A stretch of 64,000 bases of DNA from Anolis carolinensis. Lineage: Eukaryota. Both the position numbers and the translations under genes were made by a program. Shown here piece after piece: positions 36,501 through 49,000 of the stretch (its first letter is position 1; the number at the start of each line of letters is the position of its first letter). Location: positions 209,886,107-209,950,106 of the forward strand of contig NC_085844.1 in the NCBI RefSeq assembly GCF_035594765.1, given 5' to 3'. Under the pieces are notes generated by a model. It saw nothing but the letters and a program-made list of their open reading frames with translations, was not told the DNA's origin and did no database searches.

Positions 36501-39500
36501 GAACACCTTTCCTCTGGGTGGATCTTTGTCTTGACTTTCATGGCTTGTTCTTGGCCTTGCAGCTCTTCTGATGTCTGTGGTGGAGTATCCATTGGCCTGT
36601 AGAGCCCAGTTTAGGTGGTTGAGTTCACCTTGGAGGAGGTGAGGTTCAAATCAGAGGTCAAATCAGAAGCCCTCCCACCCAGGCTTTACGGACTCCCCAA
36701 AATCCACAAGGACTCCATCGCACTCAGACCCATTGTAAGTGCCATTGGATCGCCGACTTACAACCTGGCAAAATTTCTGGCTACACAGCTACAAACCCAC
36801 ATTGGGCTCACTGCACATTATATCAAGGACTCTACACACTTTATAGAAAAGATCAGCAACCTCAATCTAAGCACCAAGGACATCCTGATCAGCTTTGATG
36901 TGGTGTCCCTTTTTACCAAAGTCCCAGTAGCTGACACCCTCACACTAATCAAACAAAACTTCCCAGAAGACATCACAGCCCTGTTTCACCATTGCCTCAC
37001 CACTAGCTACTTTCAGTGGGACACTGGATTCTATGAACAGAAGGATGGAGTGGCCATGGGGAGCCCTCTCAGCCCAGTAGTAGCAAATTTCTATATGGAA
37101 TACTTTGAAAAACAGGCCCTAGAAACAGCACCAAAAAAGCCAACTGTTTGGTTCAGATACGTAGATGACACCTTCACAATTTGGAGCCATGGAGAGGAAG
37201 AACTCAGCAAGTTCCTGGACCATCTTAACAGCATCCACCCAAACATCCAATTCACCATGGAAAAAGAAAAGGAAGGAAAACTGCCATTTCTAGATGTTCT
37301 GGTCATCCGCAAACCCAATCAACAATTGGGCCACACAGTTTACAGAAAACCTACACACACAGATAGATACCTTCATAAAAACTCCAACCATCACCCAAGT
37401 CAAAAAAGGAGCACAATCAAAGCCCTGACAGACCGTGCACAAAGAATCTGCGAACCTCACCTCCTCCAAGGTGAACTCAACCACCTAAACTGGGCTCTAC
37501 AGGCCAATGGATACTCCACCACAGACATCAGAAGAGCTGCAAGGCCAAGAACAAGCCATGAAAGTCAAGACAAAGATCCACCCAGAGGAAAGGTGTTCTT
37601 ACCATACATCAAGGGAACTACTGACCGCATAGGGAAGCTGATGAAGAAGCACAACCTACAAACTATCTACAGACCCACGAAGAAAATCCAACAAATGCTA
37701 CGGTCAGCGAAGGACAAGAGGGATCCTCTCTCTTCTGCAGGAGTCTACCGGATACCATGCAGCTGTGGACAAGTCTACATAGGGACCACCAAACGCAGCG
37801 CCCAAACAAGAGTCAAAGAACATGAAAGGCACTGCAGACTTATTCAACCAGAGAAATCAGCCATAGCAGAGCATTTGATGAACCAGCCTGGACACAGAAT
37901 ACTATTTGAGAACACAAAAATGCTGGACCATTCTAACAACTATCATGTCAGACTACACAGAGAAGCCATTGAAATCCACAAGCATGTGGACAACTTCAAC
38001 AGAAAGGAAGAAACCATGAAAATGAACAAAATCTGGCTACCAGTATTAAAAAACTCAAAAATCAGAACAGTAAATAAAAAGCAATACTCTGAAAACAGAG
38101 GATTTCCAGACATGAATCAACCAAGGGCAGTTAATGACTCTAAACAAAGGATGCCCCAGAGGCAGGAAGAAGACAGCAGATAAGCTTTTCAATGCTAATT
38201 AAAGTGATTAACTACACAACATTCACACTGACCTCTCTCACCCTAGACTTTCCACAGATATATATTAACCTCTTTGCTTAGTTTTCTCCATACCTCACAA
38301 CCTCTGAGGATGCCTGCCATAGATGTGGGCGAAACGTCAGGAGAGAATGCTTCTGGAACATGGCCACACAGCCCGAAAGACATACAACAACCCTGAGAAC
38401 CTTAACTTATTTCTCACCTTAAACTGTCAGCAACAAAGATGACTCTCCTTTCCAGCAGGAGAGAAGCACAGACTTGGATCAAGTGAGAGACACTGAGACA
38501 CTTAAACAAATATTCAAAATCAACATGCTCCAACCGGGAGTCTAATGGGCGGCAAAGCTCGATCACCTGAAAACAAAGAGAAGTAAAGGAGTCACAAGGA
38601 ATTGCTGAGTTATTTTGTTCTGGTTGCTTTACAAAGGAACCCTAAGTGTTCGATGGCAGCTCAGTTGAGAGGCCGGGACACAGTCCAGAGCTTGTCCCAA
38701 AGAGGAGAGATAAAGGATGTCAATTCAGTACATTGTATGTGAATTGATTCCATTATTGCTTAGGTAAAAGGTAAAGGTTTTCCGCTGATATGAAGTCCAG
38801 TCGTGTCCGACTCCGGGGATTGGTGCTCATCTCCATTTCTAAGCCGAAGAGACGGCATTGTCCGTAGACATCTCCAAGGTCATGTGGCCGGCATGATTGC
38901 ATGGAGCACCTTCCCTTCCCTCTGGAGCAGTACCTATTGATCTACTCACATTTGCATGTTTTCAAACTGCTAGGTTGGCAGAAGCTGGGGCTAAGCTGCT
39001 AGGTTGGCAGAAGCTGGGCGCTCACTCCGCTCCCCGGATTTGAACCTGCGACCTTTTGGTCCACAAGTTCAGTAGCTCAGCGCTTTAACACGCTGCGCCA
39101 TCAGGGGCTCCCCATTATTGCTTACACTACAGGAAAACCAAACCCAAGACATTTTACTGCCTGAAACAGTAACAAATGGCACTCTTCCTGCAATACCAAA
39201 ACTCAAAGTATTACCCTCAGCCACCCACTTACTTTAATACTTGAAGTAAAAGAATCTTACAACAGCTTGTCCCTCTCTTTGTAACAATTACATTAATATA
39301 CATAAGTAACAACGTCCTGCCTTCTCACAAAGCCCAAGATTTTCTCACTTTGGGTAATACTGCTAAAAGATGGGGAGGATTGCAAGTGTAAGACATCATA
39401 TGGACACTTGTAAGACTCTGAGAACACAGCAAGGAGTTCACACGATCAAAGCCTGCCTGGAAGCACACATTGTTTTTGCTTCATTTACCTCATTTCCAGC

Positions 39501-42500
39501 TCCTGGCAGGAAGCTCTTTACAGTGATGGTGCGCCCGGGAGCAGGGAAGGGTGCCTCCATGACGCTGCGCATGAAAGGGTGCACAAGGGCTGGGGACATC
39601 TCACGCCTCTTCTCTACCTCATCTAATATCTGTGTACAAAGGGCTTATTGTCACTGTATTGTTTCAGCCATAGCACAAATGAGAAACAGCTTAAAGGGTT
39701 GACGTTGGCCATGGTGGCACTTCTACACACTTTGAACATGAGATATGCAGAAAGCAGTTTGGTAATAAAACTAACAGGTTTTACAAAAAGAAGTACTACC
39801 TGTTTGAAATTTGCCCATTGAATTTGTGGGATTTAAAGACCAGTTGAGCTGATTCTAGAGAGCAACTGAAGAAAAGAAAATGCTGCCTATGACTACAATG
39901 GTGGTGCTTGGCGACTTTCAGTGGGGCAGTGGGTCTACTTATGGTTTTTGCCTGAACTTTAAATAAGATATCCAAGTGCTGAACTGATTTTGTATATAGG
40001 GTTCTTCACACTCAACAACTGTTTTAAAGAATGGACTGAAGTCCAAACAGGATTCACCACCATACTTAACACAAAAACCACCAGTCATCATCATACTATA
40101 TTCTCCATATCACACAAAACAAAGTCTCCTTTTCAGAACAGAAACAGAATGAGAAAAAACAATCCCACATAGACCCTATTTAGGAACCAATGGAAAGCCC
40201 TGCACAATCTGTACAGCATCTGCAACAGCCTTCAACCTGGATCTTTCTGGACATATGGAAGCAATCAAGAAGAATGAAGGAGATCAATCCACCCATGGCT
40301 CAGAGTCTATGTATGACTGGAGGTATGAAGCAGAACAGGCATTTCCTAGAGTAACAAAGATAACTAGGCTCCCAGGGAGCAGACAGCTGTGGTATGATGA
40401 AATCTCTTCCAAATAGGATACAAACAGGATTTGCAATCCTTATCTGCCAAACACAAGACTTTGTTCTTTATTCTTCCTGAAGTGCCCCCCCCCTCTTTTA
40501 GTAGGGCATGAATTGAAAACATGTTTTAAATACACTTCACTAAATCAAGGAAATCACTCTCTCTGTCTATTTCTTTCCAATCATGGTTCTTGAGACGTAG
40601 AAAGTGGAAATGACTTCTGATGAACTTTTATTGATACAAAAGTATGGTTTTGCTTCCACATTACTGGAAGTGATTTGATAGTTGTTTATTTATTATGTTT
40701 ATACCCCACCCTGTCTCAAGGCATCATATATGTGCTTTATGTGTATAGTCCATCTTTATCCTTTATAACACACTAGTGAGGTAGATGAGGCTGAAAGCCA
40801 GTGATTGGCCCAAGGTCACTCAGTAAGCTTCATGGCCAAGTAGGGATTTGAAGCAAGGTCTCTCCAGTCCAACACTATAACCACAACAAAATACAGGCTT
40901 ACTGTCCTTTAGATTTAGATTTAAGCCCTCTAGATTAAGTTCTACATCTCCTCAAATCCTAGAATTGCATGTAGCCACTGCTCTGATTTCAAAAGCCTTC
41001 CTCGAGCAGTAGAATGTTTGGCAAGAGTGATTTGTTCTTCCCAGTAGGGTAGGGAGGAGTGAAGACGGAATGACAGAAAACGTGGGGATGGCTCTACCAA
41101 TTTTGGGCTCTGGCCACAGCCACTGCTGTGCCAAGTAGATGATTCCAAGGGGGGGGGGGGGGGTCGCAGTTCTTTGAGGAATAAAGGTTCCCCCACTCAT
41201 GCTTTAAATAGCCATCATGGTGTTGTAGATTTTGGGGGCAGAAGTTTGTAATGTTTTTAAAGAGAAATTAAGAGAAAATATAGTTATGTAAGTGGGATTT
41301 ATTATATGTTGGGAAGAGGTGAGTACATTGATTGCTAGAAGTGAAGGAAAATTGAATGTTTAGTAGGAATTTTTTAAAGGTTGAAATATGACAGTTAGAA
41401 TGAGAGAAGGAATTTGTGGAATTTAGGAATATGAGGGAAATATGAGTAAGAGCTAGTCAAGATTTGGATTTATTAATCATCAACTGTATGTGGAATTTCT
41501 ATATAATATATTACTTTTGTACTGTACACCTCTGCCTCTGGAGATACTGCAATAGTGCAGTTCAGACAAACATATTTGTGGGGGCAGCAGCGGTTCAAGG
41601 GAGGTGGTGCCCAGTGGTGAGATTATAGGAAGAAAGAGTCATACCAGAACCACAGAAACATCTAGAACAGTGGTTCACAACCTTTGTGCCTCCAGGTGTT
41701 TTGGACTTTAACTCCCAGAAATCCCAGCCAGTTTACCAGCTGTTAGGAACTGTGGGAGATGAAGTCCAAAACACCTGGTGGCCCAAAGGTTGGGAACCAC
41801 TGATCTAGAAGATTCTCACAAGTGCTGTTGGCAGGACAATTGGGGTCCTCATATCTCACGTCATGATGGTGATATCAGTAAAAAAAAAAAACATTGATGG
41901 AAAAGTGGCACTGGCGAGGTCGATAAACAACCATCATAGTAATAAGGAACAATAAAATATGTCATACCAGAAGAAAGGTAATTTTACTATTTAAAGAGCT
42001 GTATTTTCTATGAATGCAAAAGTTGTTCAGTCACCTTGGAGAAAAGGTTGAAGCAGCCTAAGCGGCTAACCATGCAGTATACTTCAGGCAATCGCTTTCC
42101 CTTTCCTTCTGGCTAAAAAGAAACAACAACAAAAGTTACATCTAAAACAACAGAATATGAAGGATGATGTGATCACCCTTATTTCTCCACCCACCCACCC
42201 ACCTTCCCCATCAAATATTAGGTCTCTTTTTTCCTTCGTTTTTGATATGCCAGTCAGAAGAATTGCTTGAAGCAACATTTGGCTTGTGTACTTTGATAGC
42301 CAATCACTGTTATGCCATTCAAAGCTATCCAGTTCATGAGACTTCTGAGAAGCAGTCACTCTTCCCCTGAAATGGCACAGTTTCCAAATTGGCCCCAAAG
42401 ATATGGAGTTACGTACCAAGAGCTTCTTGCAATATCCGAACCAGCGGCTGCCATCTTCACCAGTCAGTACAAAGGAAAAGGTTTCGCTGGAAAAGAAATA

Positions 42501-45363
42501 TATATTTTCCAGATTGATTAAGCAATCAAGGCAGGAGTAAACCTAGCCTGCAGAGGGCCCTGTCTTCACAGTTTCTGACTTAGCTGTGGACATAAAACAA
42601 CACTGTTTTCCTCCAATTTCCACATACAAGAATTGTCCAGGGGCTTCTAAATGTTTAGAGCAGATATTTTGCAGCCGCACTGCCTCCCAGCAACCCTGCC
42701 ACAGATAGATCCCAACTGCCCGCCAATAAATGACCTTCTCACCACACCCTTTGAGGAGAGACTATGGGGGGAGAGTAAGCATGAGGTGGAATTTTGAGCA
42801 GGAAAATATCTAGGACACTGTGACAAAGCAGTAAACAAAGAACAGAGAGGGCATAAAATAACAAGAAAGCAACTAGTTCACAATCAGGTTGATGTATATG
42901 TATATACATTTAAGTTTCTAAAATGTTGTTTTCTTAATTCAAACCTAATTCATATTCTGCCACACATCCTAAATTTGGAAGTAATACAATTATATGAAAT
43001 GGGGGACATGAAATTATTGCTGAAGGTGGATAAATTTCTCCATATTTACGTGATAATCTCTTCTACTCCTACCATCAAAGTTTGTGATGTACTGCTTGCC
43101 CAGATCTCCAGATCGCAACTCAGATTCTCAGAAAATAATATTCTCTGTTTTAAAGTGTCTCACCTTTTTAACTCTGATGTTGGGAACCAATCTTTGGGGT
43201 CAGGGAAACAGAATTTAGGGATGACCTTCAACCTCTCTTCAGTATCCTTAGGCTGCCGAAAGGGATGGTCAGGCTGCAGAAGGGAAAATAAGTCATGTTG
43301 TTGAACAAATTTGTATGTACGTACATGCTTTCAAATCACCCACTGACTTATGGTAACCCCATGAATTTCATAGGGATTTCTTAAGGAATATTCATAAATG
43401 GTTCTGCCAGTTCCTTTATCTGAAATACAGCCAACAGCACCTACTATTCCTTAGTAGTCTCGCATCCAAGTACTAATCAGAGTTGAACCTGCTTAGCTCC
43501 AATATGAGACAAAGTCTGGCAACTGGAAGGTATTTAGGCCCTATAATAAACAGACAGGGAAACACTTCTTTTTATGCACAATTAGCCAGGGTAGATGGAG
43601 CACAAACTTGGAAGGCCAAACATAGCCATGGCAAACCTCACCTCCATATCAATTTCCATCCAGTTTTTTCTCTACAACTTGCTTGGATTGTTTTATTTTT
43701 TCCGAACCCTGCATAATATTTTCCAGATTTGATAATATTAATGTCACTGCAAGAGTATGCAGGTTAGCTCCAACTCCGTTTTGTGGTTTATTTCTAACAC
43801 TGCTTTTAGTGCAGAACAAATTACCATCCCGATGTGTCCTGACTACTACAGAGACCTGTTAAGTCTTCCCCAGATCCTGGGTTCACTGGAGAGTCCATGC
43901 AAGACTGGCAGATTGTTTGGAAACAACTATTTTCAGAGTTGTAATCACTGGCTCACATTATAATCACTACACCATAATTACGGGGGCAATGCTTCCTGCT
44001 CAATGCCAGCCTAACAGACCCTTCTGTGCAGCTCTTGTTAACATCCTACCAAACATCTCCCAGGCTGAGAGAAAACAAGCAAACTGGCACGGTGCCAGCC
44101 TCTTTGTCAGCACTGCTACAAAGAGCGCAACAGTCAAGGGAGGCAGTGGGCCATTGCTCATTGTGTCTTCTGAGCAATGTAGGCCAACTCATTCCCTCCC
44201 CTCCCTGTTTTTGTTATCAACACAGCAGTGTGGATGAAGTCAGTACAGCTCTTGGGATTATGGTTAACTCAGCTGCACTTCCTTCCTTATATCCACCCCC
44301 AACTATGCGGTACTAGAAACAAGAGTATGTTTTCTCGAAACAAACCAAAGTGCTTCCCTGGCTTTCCGGCAAACTGCTCTGTCCTCATCCAACATGTGGG
44401 ACTGAGCCAGAGTGGTGAACTATGATTCTGGAGACCAGAGGTCGGATTCCTATCTAGCTATGGAAACCCACTGGTCACACTTCCTCAGCCTCAGAGGAAG
44501 GCAAAGACAAACTCCCTCTGAACAAATCATGTCAAGAAAATCTTTAGTGTCGCTGCAAATCTGAAACTTGAAGGCACAATAAGGGAAACAACAACACAAC
44601 TAGGGACAAAATCAGCTCTTGGCAGTTCCTGTCACTTCCAGAGCACAGCTGCCCAAGGGCAGCCCTTATGACTTTGAAATTATTGTAAGTAATACGTAAT
44701 ACATCAGCAGTAGACCAGCACCTCAGACAGTCTGCAGTCACCCCTATTTGTTTCAGGGGTGAGCTCAGTGTGGCTGCCGATCAACTGCCGGGCCCAATTC
44801 AAGGTGCAGGTTTTGACCTATAAAGCCCTATATGGCTCAGGCCCTACCTATCTCTGTGATTGCATCTCCTCCTATGAGCCAGTGTGGACCTTGAGATCTT
44901 CCGAGGAGGCTATACTCGCGCTCCCACCACCGTCTCAAGTGCGGCTGGTGGGGACGAGGGAACGAGCCTTCTCGGCAGTGGCCCCCCGGCTCTGGAATGC
45001 ACTGCCAAAAGAGATCAGGCAATCTCCTACATTATCCAATTTCCATAAGGAACTGAAGACCTGGTGGTGTCAGCAGGTTTTTGAGTAATTATATTGGACT
45101 ACCGCCGATTTCTGAGCCTGAATATATTGCACAAGATTTCCCTAGCCTAAAATGATACTTTTTAATATATTGGGTTTATGGTTCCCGTCCCCTTGATCTG
45201 GTCATGTAAGTGTGATTTATTGTTATAATTGTATTATTTTACTTTGTTTAATAATGTGTATTATGTTGTTATGTAATGTTTGTGTTGCTTTTATGACTGT
45301 AAACCACCCTGAGTCCCATCCGGGAGATAGAGCGGTATATAAATAAAGTTGTTGTTGTTGTTG

Positions 45364-45422
<59 letters not shown>

Positions 45423-46000
45423 GTGTGCCCCCTATTGTTATGAATGCTTTTGCTCCAAGTTCATTCACAACTATTTAGTTGTTGTTTTTTAAAAAAAATG
45501 TATTTGCCTTATTTTAAATATGTATTAAATTATAACATACTAGCTGTGCCCGGCCACACGTTGCTGTGGCTAGGACTTTATTTTTCTTTTCTTTTTTTTG
45601 TTGTATGAACGTAGAGGCATGGATGAGAGGTTGTGCTGTCAATTTTCGAGGTTGTGGGGTGTTTAGTTTAATTGTTTTGTTCGGTGCTGTGATTCCATTA
45701 CCCTTTTATATATATAGATGATTGTTAGCCACCATGAATCCCTATGGGGAGAAAGGGGGGACAGAAATAAAATTAATTAACAATTATAATGATGGATTCT
45801 TCCAGATTCATTAAATTGCCCTCCTGAAAAAGAAGACAAACTGAAGGATAATCTCTCTTTTTTGGAAGTATTCAGGGAAGAATATTCATCTTTTAAACAT
45901 GATGGGGATGGAGAGGGTTATGTTTTTTTACTGTATATCGGGGAAAAATTAAGGTGATTTCTGGCTACCTTTGATTTTATTTTGGTTTTGTTTTGGCATT

Positions 46001-46031
<31 letters not shown>

Positions 46032-49000
46032 CAGTATTTATATTCTGCCCTTCTCACCCCGAAGGGGACTCAGGGCGGATCACATTATAACACACATAGG
46101 GCAAACATTCAATGCCCATAAACACATCAAACAGAGACTGAGAGACACACGCAGAGGCAAGTTAACCTTCTTCTGAGGGGATGTTCGATTCTGGCCACAG
46201 GGGGGAGCAGCTACTTCATCGTCCACACTGATGGCACTTCCTCATTCCAGGTCGTAAATTAGTTAATCTTGCCTCCCCACTTTATAAGTGGTACCTTATC
46301 TCCTACTTGATAGATGCAACTATCTTTCGGGTTGCTAGGTCAGCAACGAGCAGGGGCTATTTTTTATTTTTAATTGACGGGTGCTCACCCCGCCACGGGC
46401 TGGCCTCGAACTCATGACCTCATGGTCAGAGTGATTTAAGGCAGCTGCTCAACAGCTGCGCCACAGCCTGTGTAAGTCTGTGTAACTGAGGGACCAAGTG
46501 ACGGAAAATCATCCAGTTGTCTATGTACTTCTATTAATCTCAGGATGTATGTGTGTGCATATGTATATGTAGTAGGCAAGAAACCAATTCTTCTGGTCTT
46601 TCTCACTACCTAACTGTAGCACTGTGCTTACACCTTAACTACCATGGCAACAACTGATGGATTTCTAGGTCTGTAGTTGCAATTCTTGCTCCCTGGCTAA
46701 GAATTCTAAATACTCACTAGAATTAAAGTAAAGGTAAAGGTTTCCCCTGACATGAAGTCCAGTTGTGTCTGACTCTGGGGGTTGGTGCTCATCTCCATTT
46801 ATAAGCCAAAGAGCCGGCGTTGTCCATAGACACCTCCAGGTCATGTGGCCGGCATAACTGCATGGAGCGCCGTTACCTTCCCACTGGAGTGGTACCTATT
46901 GATCTACTCACATTTGCATGTTTTCGAACTACTAGTTTGGCAGAAGCTGGAGCTAACAGCGGGCGCTCACTCCGCTCCTCCTTTCGGTCTGCAGATTCAG
47001 CAGCTCAGCGCTTTAACACACTGAGCCACTGGAGGCTTTACGAGTCATTATTTCCATTAAAATGCACCATGTGCATTACGAGTCATTATTTCCATTAAAA
47101 TATGAGCAAGGACACCTTTCTCTTGGCCAAACTGCCATATAGCAAGCACATGCATGTTTACCTTTGCAGAGTGAAGATAGAGGCAAATTGTGCAACCCAC
47201 CTTGCTAGGAAATTGCTGTATAATCAGAGGGGTATAGGTTGCTTCTGTTGGCTTCTTCTGTAGGGACACCACCACAAAGAGCTCAAAAAGCTGCTGCTCT
47301 TGCAATTCAATCAAGTCCCGTTCCAGCGTCTGATAGTGTGGGTTCCTCTTTGATTGAGCCTGTACCTGCAGGAGACGTTTATGCCGACCTACAAATGGAG
47401 AAGCAATTCCTTATTTGCTACAGCAAAGGAGCAAGCGTGGCTTCTATTGAAGCAGAGCTGGTAAGAGGGTAACACTGCACTTTTATGCACACCAAAAGCT
47501 CAAGAGGTTGTTGGTGGAAGCTAACCAAACAAAACCAAACAAAAATGGAACCACTTAATACAAGATGTACCTATGTTGCCCAATCTGAGATAAAGCATAC
47601 AAACAGCAGCAACGTTCTGCATCAGGGCAGAACCAGTGTTTTTCCCATCATCAGAAAGGAAACCTCAATTGAAGGGAGATGTTGGCAAGCTGGAAAGTGT
47701 CCAGAGGGCAACTGAAATGATTAAGGATCTGGAGAACAAGCTCTATGAGGAGCGGCTTAAAGAGCTGGGCATGTTTAGCCTGCAAAAAAGAAGGCTGAGA
47801 CATGATAGCCATGTATAAATATGTGGGGAGAGGTCATAGGGAGGAGGGAACAAGCTTGTTTTCGGCTGCCCTGGAGACTAGGACGCGGAACAATTGCTTT
47901 AAACTGAGATTCCACCTGAACATTAGGAAGAACTTCCTCACTGTGCAAGCTGTTCGGCAGTGGAACTCTCTCCCCTGGAGTGTGGTGGAGGCTCCTTCTT
48001 TGGAGACTTTTAAGCAGAGGCTGGATGGCCATCTGTCTGGGGTGCTTTGAATGTGATTTTCTTGCTTCTTGGCAAGGGGTTGGACTGGATGGCCCATGAG
48101 GTCTCTTCCAACTCTAGGATTCTATGATTCTATGAAACTATTATAGAATTGTGGAATTGGAAAGGATCTCAATGGTCACCTAGTCTAACAGCCTCCAATG
48201 CAGGAATCCACAGCTAAAGCATCCCCGAGTGATTGCAAAGTCTCCCATTTTGTAAAGCACGGAGCTTACAAAAATGGCCCCTATGTAATACAACTCTCAA
48301 AATCCCCTAGTCAACATGGCCATATTGGATGGGGGGATTACAAGAGCTCTAGTCCTAAAAAGCAACAAGGTGGGATAAAGGATACTGTTCATAAAATAAG
48401 TATCATACTTTAGAAATTGCAGTGACACAAACTAAGAGGGATGCAAACAAATGAAGCTTGGGATTTTATTTAAAACTAGGCTCCTCTCTAACATCTAGAA
48501 TTCTAGGTGTGTGTTCAGCTTACTGCCTTTGCAACTTCGTTTGCAAGAAGAAAGCAAGGGAAATACCATAACTGACTTTCTGATGGTGGATCCTAGTAAT
48601 GTGTTGCTTGGCTAGGCCAGAGGCAGAGCTTTGCTCCTGACAGTTTCCAGGCACAAAGATCAGGAAATGCTGGTGCGTTCAGGGCCATTGGTGCCAACTA
48701 GTGCAGATGAGTCATGATGCAGAGCCAGTTTGGAGCCTGTTGCTCGAGTTGTTCTTCCTCCAGTGTTTACATGCAAACCCTGGATGAAGGGCCCAGCCAT
48801 TATGTATAATTTCACTCCAGTTGCTCCTTCTTTCCCAGCAAAGGGCGTTTCACAATCTTGCAGGAGCAAATACAGTACAGGAATAACTGGGCTGTAGCTC
48901 CAGCAGAAGAGTTCTCAAGAGGCAGTCCTGGAGAGGCCCTGAGAAGGGATGTACAACCAGACAAAAGAAAACAGCCCCATAATTGGTTTCACTGTGAAAA

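Larger units (their letters stand above)
35678..38395 (+). mobile_element. Penelope-like retroelement (RT + GIY-YIG), 5'-truncated, with inverted 5' copy of its 3' 944 bp
   Basis: 16-bp TSD AGAACCTTAACTTATT (35662-35677 / 38396-38411). Open frame from about 36658 to 38183 with RT motifs ([31 protein letters not shown]) and GIY-YIG ([15 protein letters not shown]). 35704-36647 is the reverse complement of 37452-38395. Confidence 0.95.

Noticed and set aside
35916-36506. 196-aa ORF as a separate GIY-YIG nuclease gene
   Set aside because: It is the inverted duplicate of the Penelope 3' end.
36615-36657. N-terminus [11 protein letters not shown] of the 522-aa ORF as a real start
   Set aside because: It is antisense sequence from the inverted arm plus junction filler with a non-ATG start. 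The Penelope ORF is simply 5'-truncated.
43455-43540. 5S rRNA gene
   Set aside because: It is too diverged and is fused to a SINE body, so it is a 5S-derived SINE head rather than a functional rRNA gene.
47038-47102. 26-bp direct repeat ttacgagtcattatttccattaaaat next to a SINE
   Set aside because: Both copies are on the same side of the SINE, so it is not a TSD. It is most likely a local micro-duplication with no evident function.
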